Below are positions 24,639 through 32,000 of a DNA stretch of 32,000 nt, one piece after another. A model generated the notes under the pieces. The model was not told the origin of the DNA. It made no database searches and was given only the letters and a program-made list of their open reading frames with translations. Each line of letters starts with the position of its first letter. The first letter of the stretch is position 1. The translations under genes were made by a program, and so were the position numbers. The stretch is from positions 690,001-722,000 of the forward strand of contig NC_008789.1 of assembly GCF_000015585.1 (NCBI RefSeq), given 5' to 3'. The stretch comes from Halorhodospira halophila SL1 (GTDB taxonomy: Bacteria > Pseudomonadota > Gammaproteobacteria > Nitrococcales > Halorhodospiraceae).

Positions 24639-24987
24639 GAGCAAGGAATAATTTTTTCAGGGCCATGGAAGGCCCTCCCTGGATGACCCGTCCGCATGAT
24701 TTTTCACTTTCCCGTCCCGCTGTCCTAGCACCCCACCCGATTTACCAAAAAGATTTCTCCATGGACCAGCACAAAGGACCCGGGACCCCAGTGCTTTCGG
24801 GGCTTTTTTTTACCCCGTCGAAGGCGCTCGTAGCAGCAACTCCGAGACCGCCTTCCGACCGCATCCAGCTAAATCCCTTGGCACCGCTACTGGATCCCCA
24901 CCCTTCCGTTCTTGCCCATGCACCAGAGGATGGCTTCGGAACTCAGATCGAAAAGCCTCCCTCCAAGGACTCCGCGGGAGAATTTAG

Positions 24988-25237
24988 GAACCTAACCCCT
25001 TTCCAACAGGGCTAGGTTCGGACAAGAAGAGGCTAAGGCCATCATCGAGGTCCTCGGCGAGTCTTAATCCCTTTTCCAACAGGGCTAGGTTCGGACGAGC
25101 TTGGCAAGGAGATCAAGGAGGAGGAGTCCCGTCTTAATCCCTTTTCCAACAGGGCTAGGTTCGGACAAGGGACACTCCGGAAAGAGTGGCCCCGTTGGGA
25201 GGTCTTAATCCCTTTTCCAACAGGGCTAGGTTCGGAC
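24988..25237 (-). CRISPR. CRISPR array 2: 4 repeats (trailer one degenerate), 3 spacers
   Basis: Same 36-nt repeat as array 1, at 25061, 25131 and 25202. A degenerate copy, gaacctaacccctttccaac..., lies at 24988-25023. Spacers are 37, 34 and 35 nt. Confidence 0.93.
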
Positions 25238-25470
25238 TCCTCGACTCTGTACGCCCTTTATTATCAGCGCGTTACAAAGGGTGTTAGCGAGAATCGCGGA
25301 ATCCTGCGAGTTATGATTGCCTCTCATCCGCACATTATTCTCATTTGTAAAATGATCGTGATCTGCCTACCTCACTGAGATTCTAAAGCAAATGGGCAGC
25401 CGTCAGCCAGGGGTGTACGCCCATGGCGGCTCAACTGCTCGCCCACGGCGCAAGGCCGCGGGCACGAAGC
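25238..25470 (-). promoter_or_regulatory. CRISPR leader of array 2
   Basis: Reads tcctcgactctg..gttacaaagggtgttagcgagaatcgcgg..gttatgattgcctctcatccgcacattattctcatttg. This parallels leader 1 block by block. Confidence 0.6.
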
Positions 25471-25707
25471 TCAGTCATCGCGCTCGCCTCGCTCGACGCA
25501 GGCGAAATACACCCTGATCAGGAGGAGCGGCCGCAACTCAAGCGCTTTAGCCAGATCCGCGATCGTGTAGATCGTTGGGTTGGCCCGACAGCGACAAAGG
25601 TCGTAGAGACTCTGGCGACTGATCCCTGCCCGGCGGGCCACTTCGGAGAGCGAGAGCCCACGGGCGCGGGCCTGCTTGCGGATGAGCAACTCAAGCGCCG
25701 TGGACAT
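25471..25707 (-). CDS. XRE/Cro-type HTH protein, paralog of 6950-7186
   Basis: 78 aa. MSTALELLIRKQARARGLSLSEVARRAGISRQSLYDLCRCRANPTIYTIADLAKAL is about 80 percent identical to the copy next to cas1. Confidence 0.75.
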   Translation of the reverse strand: MSTALELLIRKQARARGLSLSEVARRAGISRQSLYDLCRCRANPTIYTIADLAKALELRPLLLIRVYFACVERGERDD

Positions 25708-25882
25708 CGCCGTTCTCCGCAATCGCTGGCGTACCGAGATAGACGCACTCGGCTGCCAAGGCTTGAGCAGCACGGCGCTGCCAGCGCCGGTGCAAACCGG
25801 CATGTACCTCCCAGCGGCTGAAAAGCGCTTTATTCGCGACTTCCAACCTCGTCCCACGCCGGTCGATATAGAGCGTCCCCAC
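25691..25882 (-). pseudogene. cas1: cas1 remnant with large internal deletion
   Basis: (GTG)GTLYIDRRGTRLEVANKAL is joined directly to WEVHAGLHRRWQRRAAQALAAEC. These match Cas1 residues about 1-20 and about 283-305 of the intact copy, so roughly 260 codons are missing. Confidence 0.8.
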
Positions 25883-26392
25883 TCCTTTGCTCCCCTGCTG
25901 CAGGCTTGGCAGCAGATTGGCACAGAGGGCGACAGGACAGCGGTAGCGGCAATCTTGCGGAACACACCCCACCCTCCGAACGCGGACCATGGATCCCGAC
26001 TCGATACCGAGCTGCTCTGCTTCCTCAGGCGCCAGCTCCAATGCGGCATCCACCGGCTCGGGCGGCCGATACTGACCGCGCCCGGGCGTCATGCGCTCGA
26101 GGGCGATAACCTCACCGTCGGCGATCCAGGCTATCTTCAGCGGAGCCGCCAAATTGTCCATGTGGAAGACGGGCTCGCTCTCCTCCGGCCATGTAAACAG
26201 GATCCGCTCCGACCGGATCTGCCCCGGGCTGGCGTGCTGAAACCCCCTGGCCCGGGTCTCGGGGGTGGCCGCGAGCCGGACCTCGACGGGATCTCCGTCA
26301 ATGAGGACCGATACTTGCGGAAAGCCCTCGACCCCCTTGGAGCAGCCAAGGGGCACCAACACGGTTAGGGCCAAGATCTTCAGGTACCGCAT
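25691..26392 (-). CDS. DUF192-like lipoprotein; ORF reads through into the cas1 upstream region and remnant
   Basis: Lipobox in MRYLKILALTVLVPLGC|S. The DUF192-like core reads FTWPEESEPVFHMDNLAAPLKIAWIADGEVIALERM. There is no stop where the fragment copy at 21665 stops. Confidence 0.6.
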   Translation of the reverse strand: MRYLKILALTVLVPLGCSKGVEGFPQVSVLIDGDPVEVRLAATPETRARGFQHASPGQIRSERILFTWPEESEPVFHMDNLAAPLKIAWIADGEVIALERMTPGRGQYRPPEPVDAALELAPEEAEQLGIESGSMVRVRRVGCVPQDCRYRCPVALCANLLPSLQQGSKGVGTLYIDRRGTRLEVANKALFSRWEVHAGLHRRWQRRAAQALAAECVYLGTPAIAENGDVHGA

Positions 26393-26481
26393 CGGCACGG
26401 TCTCCACCAACCGGATGGGTCACGGCGCCTTTGCCGATCACGCCGGCTCCAGAAACCCTATGGGGGCCATGAGGGCCCGCG

Positions 26482-27255
26482 TCATCCGGCTTGTCTGCGA
26501 TAGCTGTCCCAGGTGAATTGCAAGGCGGTCCCATCCTCCAGCAGGCGGTCCATGACGCGCTCGCCCAGGGTTCCGGTGAGTTCCTCGTAGCCGAGGTTGG
26601 AGATGACCACCGTCGGCCGCATGTCGGAGTAACGCCGGTTGAAGACCTCGAAAAGCACCATGCGCTCGTGCTCAGAGCCGGTCTGCACACCCACCTCGTC
26701 CAGGACCAGCAGCGGCACGCCCGCGAGCCAATCGAAGACCTTTTGCTCGCTTTGCTCGCTTGCGCGGTCGTAGGTTCGACGCACCTGGCGGACCGCATCC
26801 GAGACGCTGGTGTAGTGCGCCTGGCGCTGGTGGTCGTTAATGACCCGCCGCGCCATGGCACACGCCAGATGCGTCTTACCGGTACCGACCCCACCCGAGA
26901 GGATGAGGTTGGTGCCCGCCTGGAGACGCTCGGGGAAAGTCTCGGTATAGCGGCGACAGCATTCACGAACCCGACCCGCCTGCTCTGTCACCGCCTCAAA
27001 GGTGTCGAACGTGGCGGTTTGATACCGCGCCGGGATGCCGGCCAATCTCAGCATGGCCCGGGTCCGCCACTCCCGACGCCGCTCCAGATCCTCTCGTCGC
27101 TGACGCTCGCGCTGGGCCTCGAGGCAGTGCGGACACTGCCCTCCAACCCAACGATCGCCTAACCGGGTGTAGATGGCCGAATAGTGCCCGTGCTCCGGGC
27201 AGTGCTCCTGCTGCTCGCAATACCCACTGTTGAGGGCGTGCCCGATGCTTTGCAT
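26482..27255 (-). CDS. DnaC/IstB-like AAA+ ATPase (helicase-loader type) with N-terminal Cys/His cluster
   Basis: Walker A is LSGGVGTGKTHLA and Walker B is LLVLDEVG. N-terminal CEQQEHCPEHGH...CPHC. Confidence 0.8.
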   Translation of the reverse strand: MQSIGHALNSGYCEQQEHCPEHGHYSAIYTRLGDRWVGGQCPHCLEAQRERQRREDLERRREWRTRAMLRLAGIPARYQTATFDTFEAVTEQAGRVRECCRRYTETFPERLQAGTNLILSGGVGTGKTHLACAMARRVINDHQRQAHYTSVSDAVRQVRRTYDRASEQSEQKVFDWLAGVPLLVLDEVGVQTGSEHERMVLFEVFNRRYSDMRPTVVISNLGYEELTGTLGERVMDRLLEDGTALQFTWDSYRRQAG

Positions 27256-27263
27256 ACTGCCTC

Positions 27264-28244
27264 CTACCAGTCGGGGTCCGTTTCGAAACCGGCGGCTGCG
27301 AACTTCTCGGCCTCGGCTTGGTAGCTCTTCTCCAATGACTGCGTGTTGGGAGCGGCCGGGCCGGCCCCGCCGACTTGCCGGCCGCGCTCGATGGACTCGA
27401 GCCAGCGCTCGTCTTTCAGGTAATTCCCCGGGTTGGGGATATACCCCGCGCGCCAGCGCCGGTCCTCACGCTGTCGACGTTCGATATCGCTGAGGATGGT
27501 GTCGATGCGCCACCACAGTCCCCGCTTGCGGAAAATCTGGTAGGCCTCGCTCTGCTTGACCTTCCTCGGGTAGGCCGCCCAGAAGCGCTCGAAGATGGCG
27601 CGGCTATCGGTCGTGGCCGACGACGGCCCCTGCCCGCTCTGCTGCACGGGGGCCTTGCCGGCGTCCGCACACTCCGCGTCACACACCGGTGCGCCCTCTA
27701 ACCTGGAACCGTCCGCGGTGTGTGATGGGGCTCTCTTCCGGACACCGGAGACCGGAGGTGTGCCGGGATGAGGCTCGTCAGGGCGTGCCGGCTTTATGCC
27801 GGTTTCCGTGCCGAGATCCCCCGTCCACATCCCGCCATGAGCGGATTCAGTCGTGTCGGCATGCGTGCCGGGATGATCGTGCCGGGATTGTGTCGGGTTT
27901 GTGCCGGGTTTTTCCTGGGAAGAAGAATCCGTCTGCGCCAGCGGACAGTAGAAGATCAGGCGCTTGCCCTGCGTACAATCGATGGCCAATCCCGACCGGA
28001 TGAGCCAGTCGACGGCACGCCGCACGGACGACTTGCTCGGGGTGCCGGTGTCTGTGAGCCCTTGGTGCGGCTCGACATAGCTCGCTTCCCGCAACGACTG
28101 CCAGCTGATGCGACGCTGCGCGCCAACCAGGCCCGTGCTGTAGTCCATGTGCGGACGGATGCCCAGGATATAGACACGCAGCGCCAGGCTGGGGAGGCCG
28201 GCCAGGGCCTCCAGTTCTTCCTGGCTGAGCTTGATGGCACTCAT
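27264..28244 (-). CDS. Replication-initiator-like protein (wHTH N-terminus, phage/plasmid O/DnaD-like C-terminus)
   Basis: Reads LALRVYILGIRPHMDYSTG...VRRAVDWLIRSGL. The C-terminus reads FERFWAAYPRKV...IPNPGNYLKDERW. Its ATG overlaps the upstream stop. Confidence 0.55.
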   Translation of the reverse strand: MSAIKLSQEELEALAGLPSLALRVYILGIRPHMDYSTGLVGAQRRISWQSLREASYVEPHQGLTDTGTPSKSSVRRAVDWLIRSGLAIDCTQGKRLIFYCPLAQTDSSSQEKPGTNPTQSRHDHPGTHADTTESAHGGMWTGDLGTETGIKPARPDEPHPGTPPVSGVRKRAPSHTADGSRLEGAPVCDAECADAGKAPVQQSGQGPSSATTDSRAIFERFWAAYPRKVKQSEAYQIFRKRGLWWRIDTILSDIERRQREDRRWRAGYIPNPGNYLKDERWLESIERGRQVGGAGPAAPNTQSLEKSYQAEAEKFAAAGFETDPDW

Positions 28245-28798
28245 CACCGCCCCTCCTCCACCGCCGGCACACCCTGGCGTCGCGCGGCGTACTCTCGCTG
28301 GATGGAATCGGCCTCCTGGACGAGCTGCCATACGGCCTGAGCAGGCACGCGGCAGCGTTGCGCGACACGCAAGTAGCGCTCAGGGCCGGGCAGACCATGG
28401 TGTTGTTTCCAGGATCTCCAGACGGCGTCGGCCTGCTCCGGCTGCAAGCGCCGCGGCCGGCCGGGATCCCGGGCCACCCCCAGCGTCCGCCGGCGACGGG
28501 CGACCTCGGCGGGCGTCATACCGAACAGCGCTTCCATCATCGCCCCATGGGCGTGGTGGCGGATGAGCTCATCGGCCAGGTCGTCTTCCTGCGCACGGCG
28601 GCGAGCCCGCTCGATAGCGGCCGCCAGGCGTTCGGGGTGGACGTGGATATCGAGGAAGTAGCGGGCTTGGGACAGCAGGTACAGGTACTCCCGGAATGTG
28701 AGCTTCTCGATCTGCTCGACGCTGCCCGGCTCCTGCTTGCACTCGAGGGCGTGCAGAATGGCCTCGTGTGCGAGCTTGTTGGGGCTCATCGTGCTCAT
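28244..28798 (-). CDS. Hypothetical ICE-backbone protein (DUF2857-like?)
   Basis: 184 aa. A gggaggg RBS lies 7 nt before ATG 28798. Helical. Sits between the parB-side and replication genes, as in the ICE maintenance modules I recall. Confidence 0.5.
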   Translation of the reverse strand: MSTMSPNKLAHEAILHALECKQEPGSVEQIEKLTFREYLYLLSQARYFLDIHVHPERLAAAIERARRRAQEDDLADELIRHHAHGAMMEALFGMTPAEVARRRRTLGVARDPGRPRRLQPEQADAVWRSWKQHHGLPGPERYLRVAQRCRVPAQAVWQLVQEADSIQREYAARRQGVPAVEEGR

Positions 28799-28800
28799 GG

Positions 28801-29523
28801 CTAGCCCTCCCATAGGTCCATATTGCGCTCGGTGGCGGTCTTGCGGAGTTGGCGACAAAGCTGAATCAGCTGCACGAAATCGTGGATGTCGGCGTCCGGA
28901 ACGGAGGGGTCCGACCAGAACTCCATCGCGATCCGGGGGTAGACGGGCGACCCCATGCGGCTGCGCACGGTGTCGGGGCTTTCCTTCGCCAGATGGGGCA
29001 GCTCGTAATTGCCCGGTAGGTGTTGCCGGTGGGCGTCGCGAGCCAGGGCTTCGGAAACAGCGAGCAAGGTCCACCAGATCCACTGGCGGGCCGGGCGGCC
29101 GGATTCCACGTCACGCATTGCCGGCAACTCGATGAGATACCCGACCCCGTGATCCCACGAGTGCAGGTACCGATCGAGCTCATGGCGTTGTGCGATCCGG
29201 TGGGCGAGACGATAGATGTGTTCGCGCAGATCCGGGACGGAGTCGTACTCAACCTCATCTTCCGGGGGTTGCGGAGGGGGCGCCTTAGCCTTGGGCCGGT
29301 TGAGCACCGCTTCGGGCTCAAACGGAGTGGACTCTTCCAGGCTCCCGCCCCCCTCCTCGCCCCAGGATGGCGCGTGCGCGTCGGCGCTATCCTTGGGGGA
29401 CGATCTCTCTACCCCCCCCAGCGTCTGCCGAGGTGCTCTCCTCCGGGGTAGCGCCCTCCATTCCCAGTACTGAAGCGGGCTGATCCGCCATGTGGTCGGC
29501 GCGTTTTGGGAGCGGGTGGCCAC
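28801..29523 (-). CDS. Hypothetical protein; start uncertain (listed start overlaps parB by 137 nt)
   Basis: Open frame with a coding-like C-terminal 150 aa or so (YRLAHRIAQRHELDRYLHSWDHGVGYLIEL). The true start is probably internal, for example GTG near 29307. Confidence 0.4.
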   Translation of the reverse strand: MATRSQNAPTTWRISPLQYWEWRALPRRRAPRQTLGGVERSSPKDSADAHAPSWGEEGGGSLEESTPFEPEAVLNRPKAKAPPPQPPEDEVEYDSVPDLREHIYRLAHRIAQRHELDRYLHSWDHGVGYLIELPAMRDVESGRPARQWIWWTLLAVSEALARDAHRQHLPGNYELPHLAKESPDTVRSRMGSPVYPRIAMEFWSDPSVPDADIHDFVQLIQLCRQLRKTATERNMDLWEG

Positions 29524-30382
29524 TCAGGACTGTGTCCATTTCGTAACGCACGGCACGGCGGTCGATGCCGAGCGCTTCCGCCATCCGGGCCGCAAGCTCC
29601 TCCCGACCCTCCTCGGGGTCCCACTCGGCGGCATCCGTATTGGCCAGAGCCTGCTCCCAGAGGATGTCGAAATCCTCAGCGTCCCGCTGATAGTGGTGCC
29701 AGACCTGGCAGGCCGCGTCGTGGATCCTCCTCAGGTAGTCGAGCGTTCTGGCCCCGAGACTGTTCAGCGCCTCTGGAATCGCGGCCAGCAGGTGTTGCGC
29801 CGCAAACTCGTACCGGAGCAGTTGACGCTTACTGATCGTGTAACCAAGGGCATGGAGCCGGGTAATGAAGGCATTCCGGCTGAGACGCTCCCCCACTTCG
29901 GATTCCAGATGCCTCCGGAGGTGCTCCAGCGCAAGGGCCTTATCGATCAGCGCGAGCTCGCCTCGAAGCTCGTTCTCGACCAGGTGGCTGGTTAGAACGG
30001 TGGTCTCACCCTGCCAGGGGTGGTAGAGGCAGTAGATCCGCGCGAAAGCCTCATCCCCCGTTTCGGCGTAGAGCTCACGCAGAATGCGTAAACGGGTATT
30101 GCCGCCGGCACAGGTGATGTAATGCTCATCCCCTGGCCGGCGGGTCACATCCAGGCTGTTGTTGAGCCCGCGCTGCGCAGCAATCGACTGCTTAATCTCC
30201 TCGTAACGGGGATTCTCCAGGCGGCGCGGGTTGTCCTCGTACTCAACCACCTGGTCGATGGAAAGCACCATCTGGGTCACCGTGACCGGGTCACCCGGTC
30301 GGTCCAGGGACTGCTCCCGGTTGCCGTAGTGCCCCTGCCACAGACCCTGACGGACCTTCTCGGTCAGGCCGCGTTTTGCCAT
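29387..30382 (-). CDS. parB: ParB-family (ParB/Srx N-terminal domain) protein, ICE type
   Basis: Reads EYEDNPRRLENPRYEEIKQSIAAQRGLNNSLDVTRRPGDEHYITCAGGNTRLRIL. Confidence 0.8.
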   Translation of the reverse strand: MAKRGLTEKVRQGLWQGHYGNREQSLDRPGDPVTVTQMVLSIDQVVEYEDNPRRLENPRYEEIKQSIAAQRGLNNSLDVTRRPGDEHYITCAGGNTRLRILRELYAETGDEAFARIYCLYHPWQGETTVLTSHLVENELRGELALIDKALALEHLRRHLESEVGERLSRNAFITRLHALGYTISKRQLLRYEFAAQHLLAAIPEALNSLGARTLDYLRRIHDAACQVWHHYQRDAEDFDILWEQALANTDAAEWDPEEGREELAARMAEALGIDRRAVRYEMDTVLSGHPLPKRADHMADQPASVLGMEGATPEESTSADAGGGREIVPQG

Positions 30383-30418
30383 ATGCGTCTCCGGCGCTCT
30401 GAGCTGCGCTCTTGCTGG

Positions 30419-31240
30419 TTAGGCCGAGTCGAGATGCGGGAACAGCTCTTGCGTAAGAGCTCGCATGGTCTCGAGCGCTGAAGGGGTCGGCCCTTCCCGC
30501 CTTGGCTCCCAGCGATGCGCCGGGATCTGTCGGGTCGCCGCCTCCCGGTAGGCCACGGTCGCCGGCACTGCGGTTTCCAGGATCGTGATCTGCCCCTTAC
30601 TCGGCTCGTAAGTCTCTCGACGCAGCTCGTGCGCAATGGCCCGGGCGTCGGCCGTACGATCCATGCGGTAGAGCAGTCCCCGCAGCGGGGCAATCGGTGC
30701 GCCAAGTGCCGCCATGGGCTTGAGGCGATCGATCATGCCGAGCGTGCCGCGGGCGAACTCACGCGCTGAAAGGATCTCGGGTGGAATCGGGGACAGGAGC
30801 ATGTCCGCCGAGAGGACTGCAGCGTCCTGCAGTGGGCCGACGGCACCCTGCGTGTCGATCAGCACGACGTCGTAGATGTCGTCGTACTCGCTCAGGATGT
30901 GCCGAAGCCGAACCCGGCCGTCCGGGGTGTGCAGGATCCAATTCTGCAGGGCACCGTCCGGATCATCACTGAGAACCAGGTCGAGCAGCCCGCCCTCGTC
31001 GCCATCGATCTTGGTGGTGCTGACGGTGCTCCCGGTCTCGCCTTCGGTGATGAGTGCCGTTAGCCCCCTGGGGGATGGCGGGTCGTGAATGGGGAAATAG
31101 CTGGAAAGTGTTGGTTGAACGTCTGCATCGACGAGCAGCACGCGCTGCCCCAGATCGGCCAGATAGGCGCCCAGATTGGCGGTGACGGTCGTCTTGCCGA
31201 CGCCCCCTTTGGTGGAGCAGACGCAGAGTTTGATTGCCAT
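30419..31240 (-). CDS. parA: ParA/Soj partition ATPase
   Basis: Deviant Walker A is CSTKGGVGKTTVTANL, followed by VLLVDADVQ. A ggaggggaag RBS is present. Confidence 0.9.
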   Translation of the reverse strand: MAIKLCVCSTKGGVGKTTVTANLGAYLADLGQRVLLVDADVQPTLSSYFPIHDPPSPRGLTALITEGETGSTVSTTKIDGDEGGLLDLVLSDDPDGALQNWILHTPDGRVRLRHILSEYDDIYDVVLIDTQGAVGPLQDAAVLSADMLLSPIPPEILSAREFARGTLGMIDRLKPMAALGAPIAPLRGLLYRMDRTADARAIAHELRRETYEPSKGQITILETAVPATVAYREAATRQIPAHRWEPRREGPTPSALETMRALTQELFPHLDSA

Positions 31241-31365
31241 GGTGCTTCCCCTCCGCTTGGACCCAAACGGAGGGAATGCATCACCAGCCTAAAAGAGCTA
31301 AGACGATCAGAGCAGAACGCGGTACTTCGTGCGCAATGCCGTCATTTTGTCAACATTTCGACGCC

Positions 31366-31919
31366 GACTCTTAATCAGTAGGTTGAAGGTTCGAGTCCTT
31401 CGCGGCCCACCAGACAACTACCCGCAGCCATCATCGGTATGCGAAGGTAGGTCCGAGCCAGGGGCGAGCCCGCTTTCCTTCCCCGTTGGCGGGCTCCGAA
31501 GGGGCCGGTGCTGGATCCACCGGCCCTTCTCCCACTTCCTTGTAGACCCCTGGGGCTAAGACGCCTCGGCGTTCATCCTGGCTTCACCCGGTCTCGGTAA
31601 GATGCACCTCCCCCGTTGTACCGACTACGGCGCACCCCAATGCACCGCAGCTCCCTCAGCGTTACCTCAACACATGACTAAGCGCTTCCCGGCACTCTAG
31701 TCAAGTATCGACATCCTGTGAACGGTCGCGACCCGGACCTCGATGCGGACTGCGCGGGTCCGGCAGACTGTCGACCAACCGATGCAACTGGCCCAGATCG
31801 GGTTCCAAGTACTGCATCGTCGTCATCAGGCTGCTATGCCCTAAGAGCTGTTGCAACCCGCGCAGGTCCGGCTGCGGTTGCGCAGCGATCTCGCTCGCGC
31901 ATGTGTGGCGGAGCCGATG
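31366..31919 (+). repeat. Right copy of 554-bp direct repeat; 31366-31412 is a tRNA-Lys 3' fragment (attR / attL of the next element)
   Basis: gactcttaatcagtaggttgaaggttcgagtccttcgcggcccacca is identical to 434-480. The remainder matches 481-987 with 6 substitutions. Confidence 0.9.
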
Positions 31920-32000
31920 GCCTCGTACCACTGAGCCATGAGCAGCTGACTGGCGATCACCGTCGAGCGGCGGCGGTACTCGCCGATATAGCACCTCCTC
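31701..32000 (-). CDS. Tyrosine recombinase/integrase, C-terminal part (gene continues past window end)
   Basis: HRLRHTCASE...LQQLLGHSSLMTTMQYL gives the R, H-x-x-R and catalytic Y boxes. Confidence 0.8.
   Translation of the reverse strand, partial: EEVLYRRVPPPLDGDRQSAAHGSVVRGHRLRHTCASEIAAQPQPDLRGLQQLLGHSSLMTTMQYLEPDLGQLHRLVDSLPDPRSPHRGPGRDRSQDVDT

Noticed and set aside
24665-25015. 116-aa ORF upstream of array 2
   Set aside because: It runs into the degenerate terminal repeat of array 2 and has no convincing RBS. It is low complexity and more likely array trailer or intergenic DNA.
5984-25237. Self-targeting spacers against sequences in this window
   Set aside because: I compared the 11 unique spacers by eye with the rest of the window and saw no convincing match. 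This is not an exhaustive search and needs a computational check on the whole genome.
31366-31919. Possibility that the 554-bp repeat is an assembly duplication
   Set aside because: The copies differ at six positions clustered in the first 175 bp. They also have different, interpretable junctions: the full tRNA on the left, the parA upstream region on the right, and an IS boundary at 987. Read-level confirmation is still advisable.

Overview
GC-rich (about 64 percent) proteobacterial-type DNA. The window opens with a tRNA cluster (Pro-TGG, Arg-TCT, His-GTG, Lys-CTT). Everything from the 3' half of tRNA-Lys (434) to a second copy of that half (31366-31412) looks like a roughly 31 kb genomic island. 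It is bounded by 554-bp near-identical direct repeats, each holding the tRNA-Lys 3' half plus the 3' end of a tyrosine-integrase gene. The left integrase copy is destroyed by a nest of insertion sequences: an IS21-family element sits inside one IS3-family element, which truncates a second IS3-family element, which in turn truncates a CRISPR array. The cargo is a type III-B (Cmr) CRISPR-Cas system. It comprises cmr1-cas10-cmr3-cmr4-cmr5-cmr6-cas6, three CRISPR arrays with a shared leader and two repeat variants, and an adaptation operon (cas2 / short Cas1-like / cas2 / cas1 / small XRE-HTH). It also has an unusually rich cyclic-oligoadenylate output layer: a Can2/Card1-type CARF nuclease, an NE0113-family CARF protein, a two-TM membrane CARF protein (Cam1-like), and two csx16 genes, each placed immediately upstream of a CARF effector. 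A decayed second cas1-HTH-leader-array module lies at 24988-25882. The right end carries an ICE-type maintenance module (parA, parB, DUF2857-like, replication initiator, DnaC-like loader) with no conjugation genes visible. A recurrent GCAAGCTTGC palindrome and a conserved inverted repeat upstream of cas1 are candidate operators. All protein calls come from reading motifs in the supplied translations; no database search was run.
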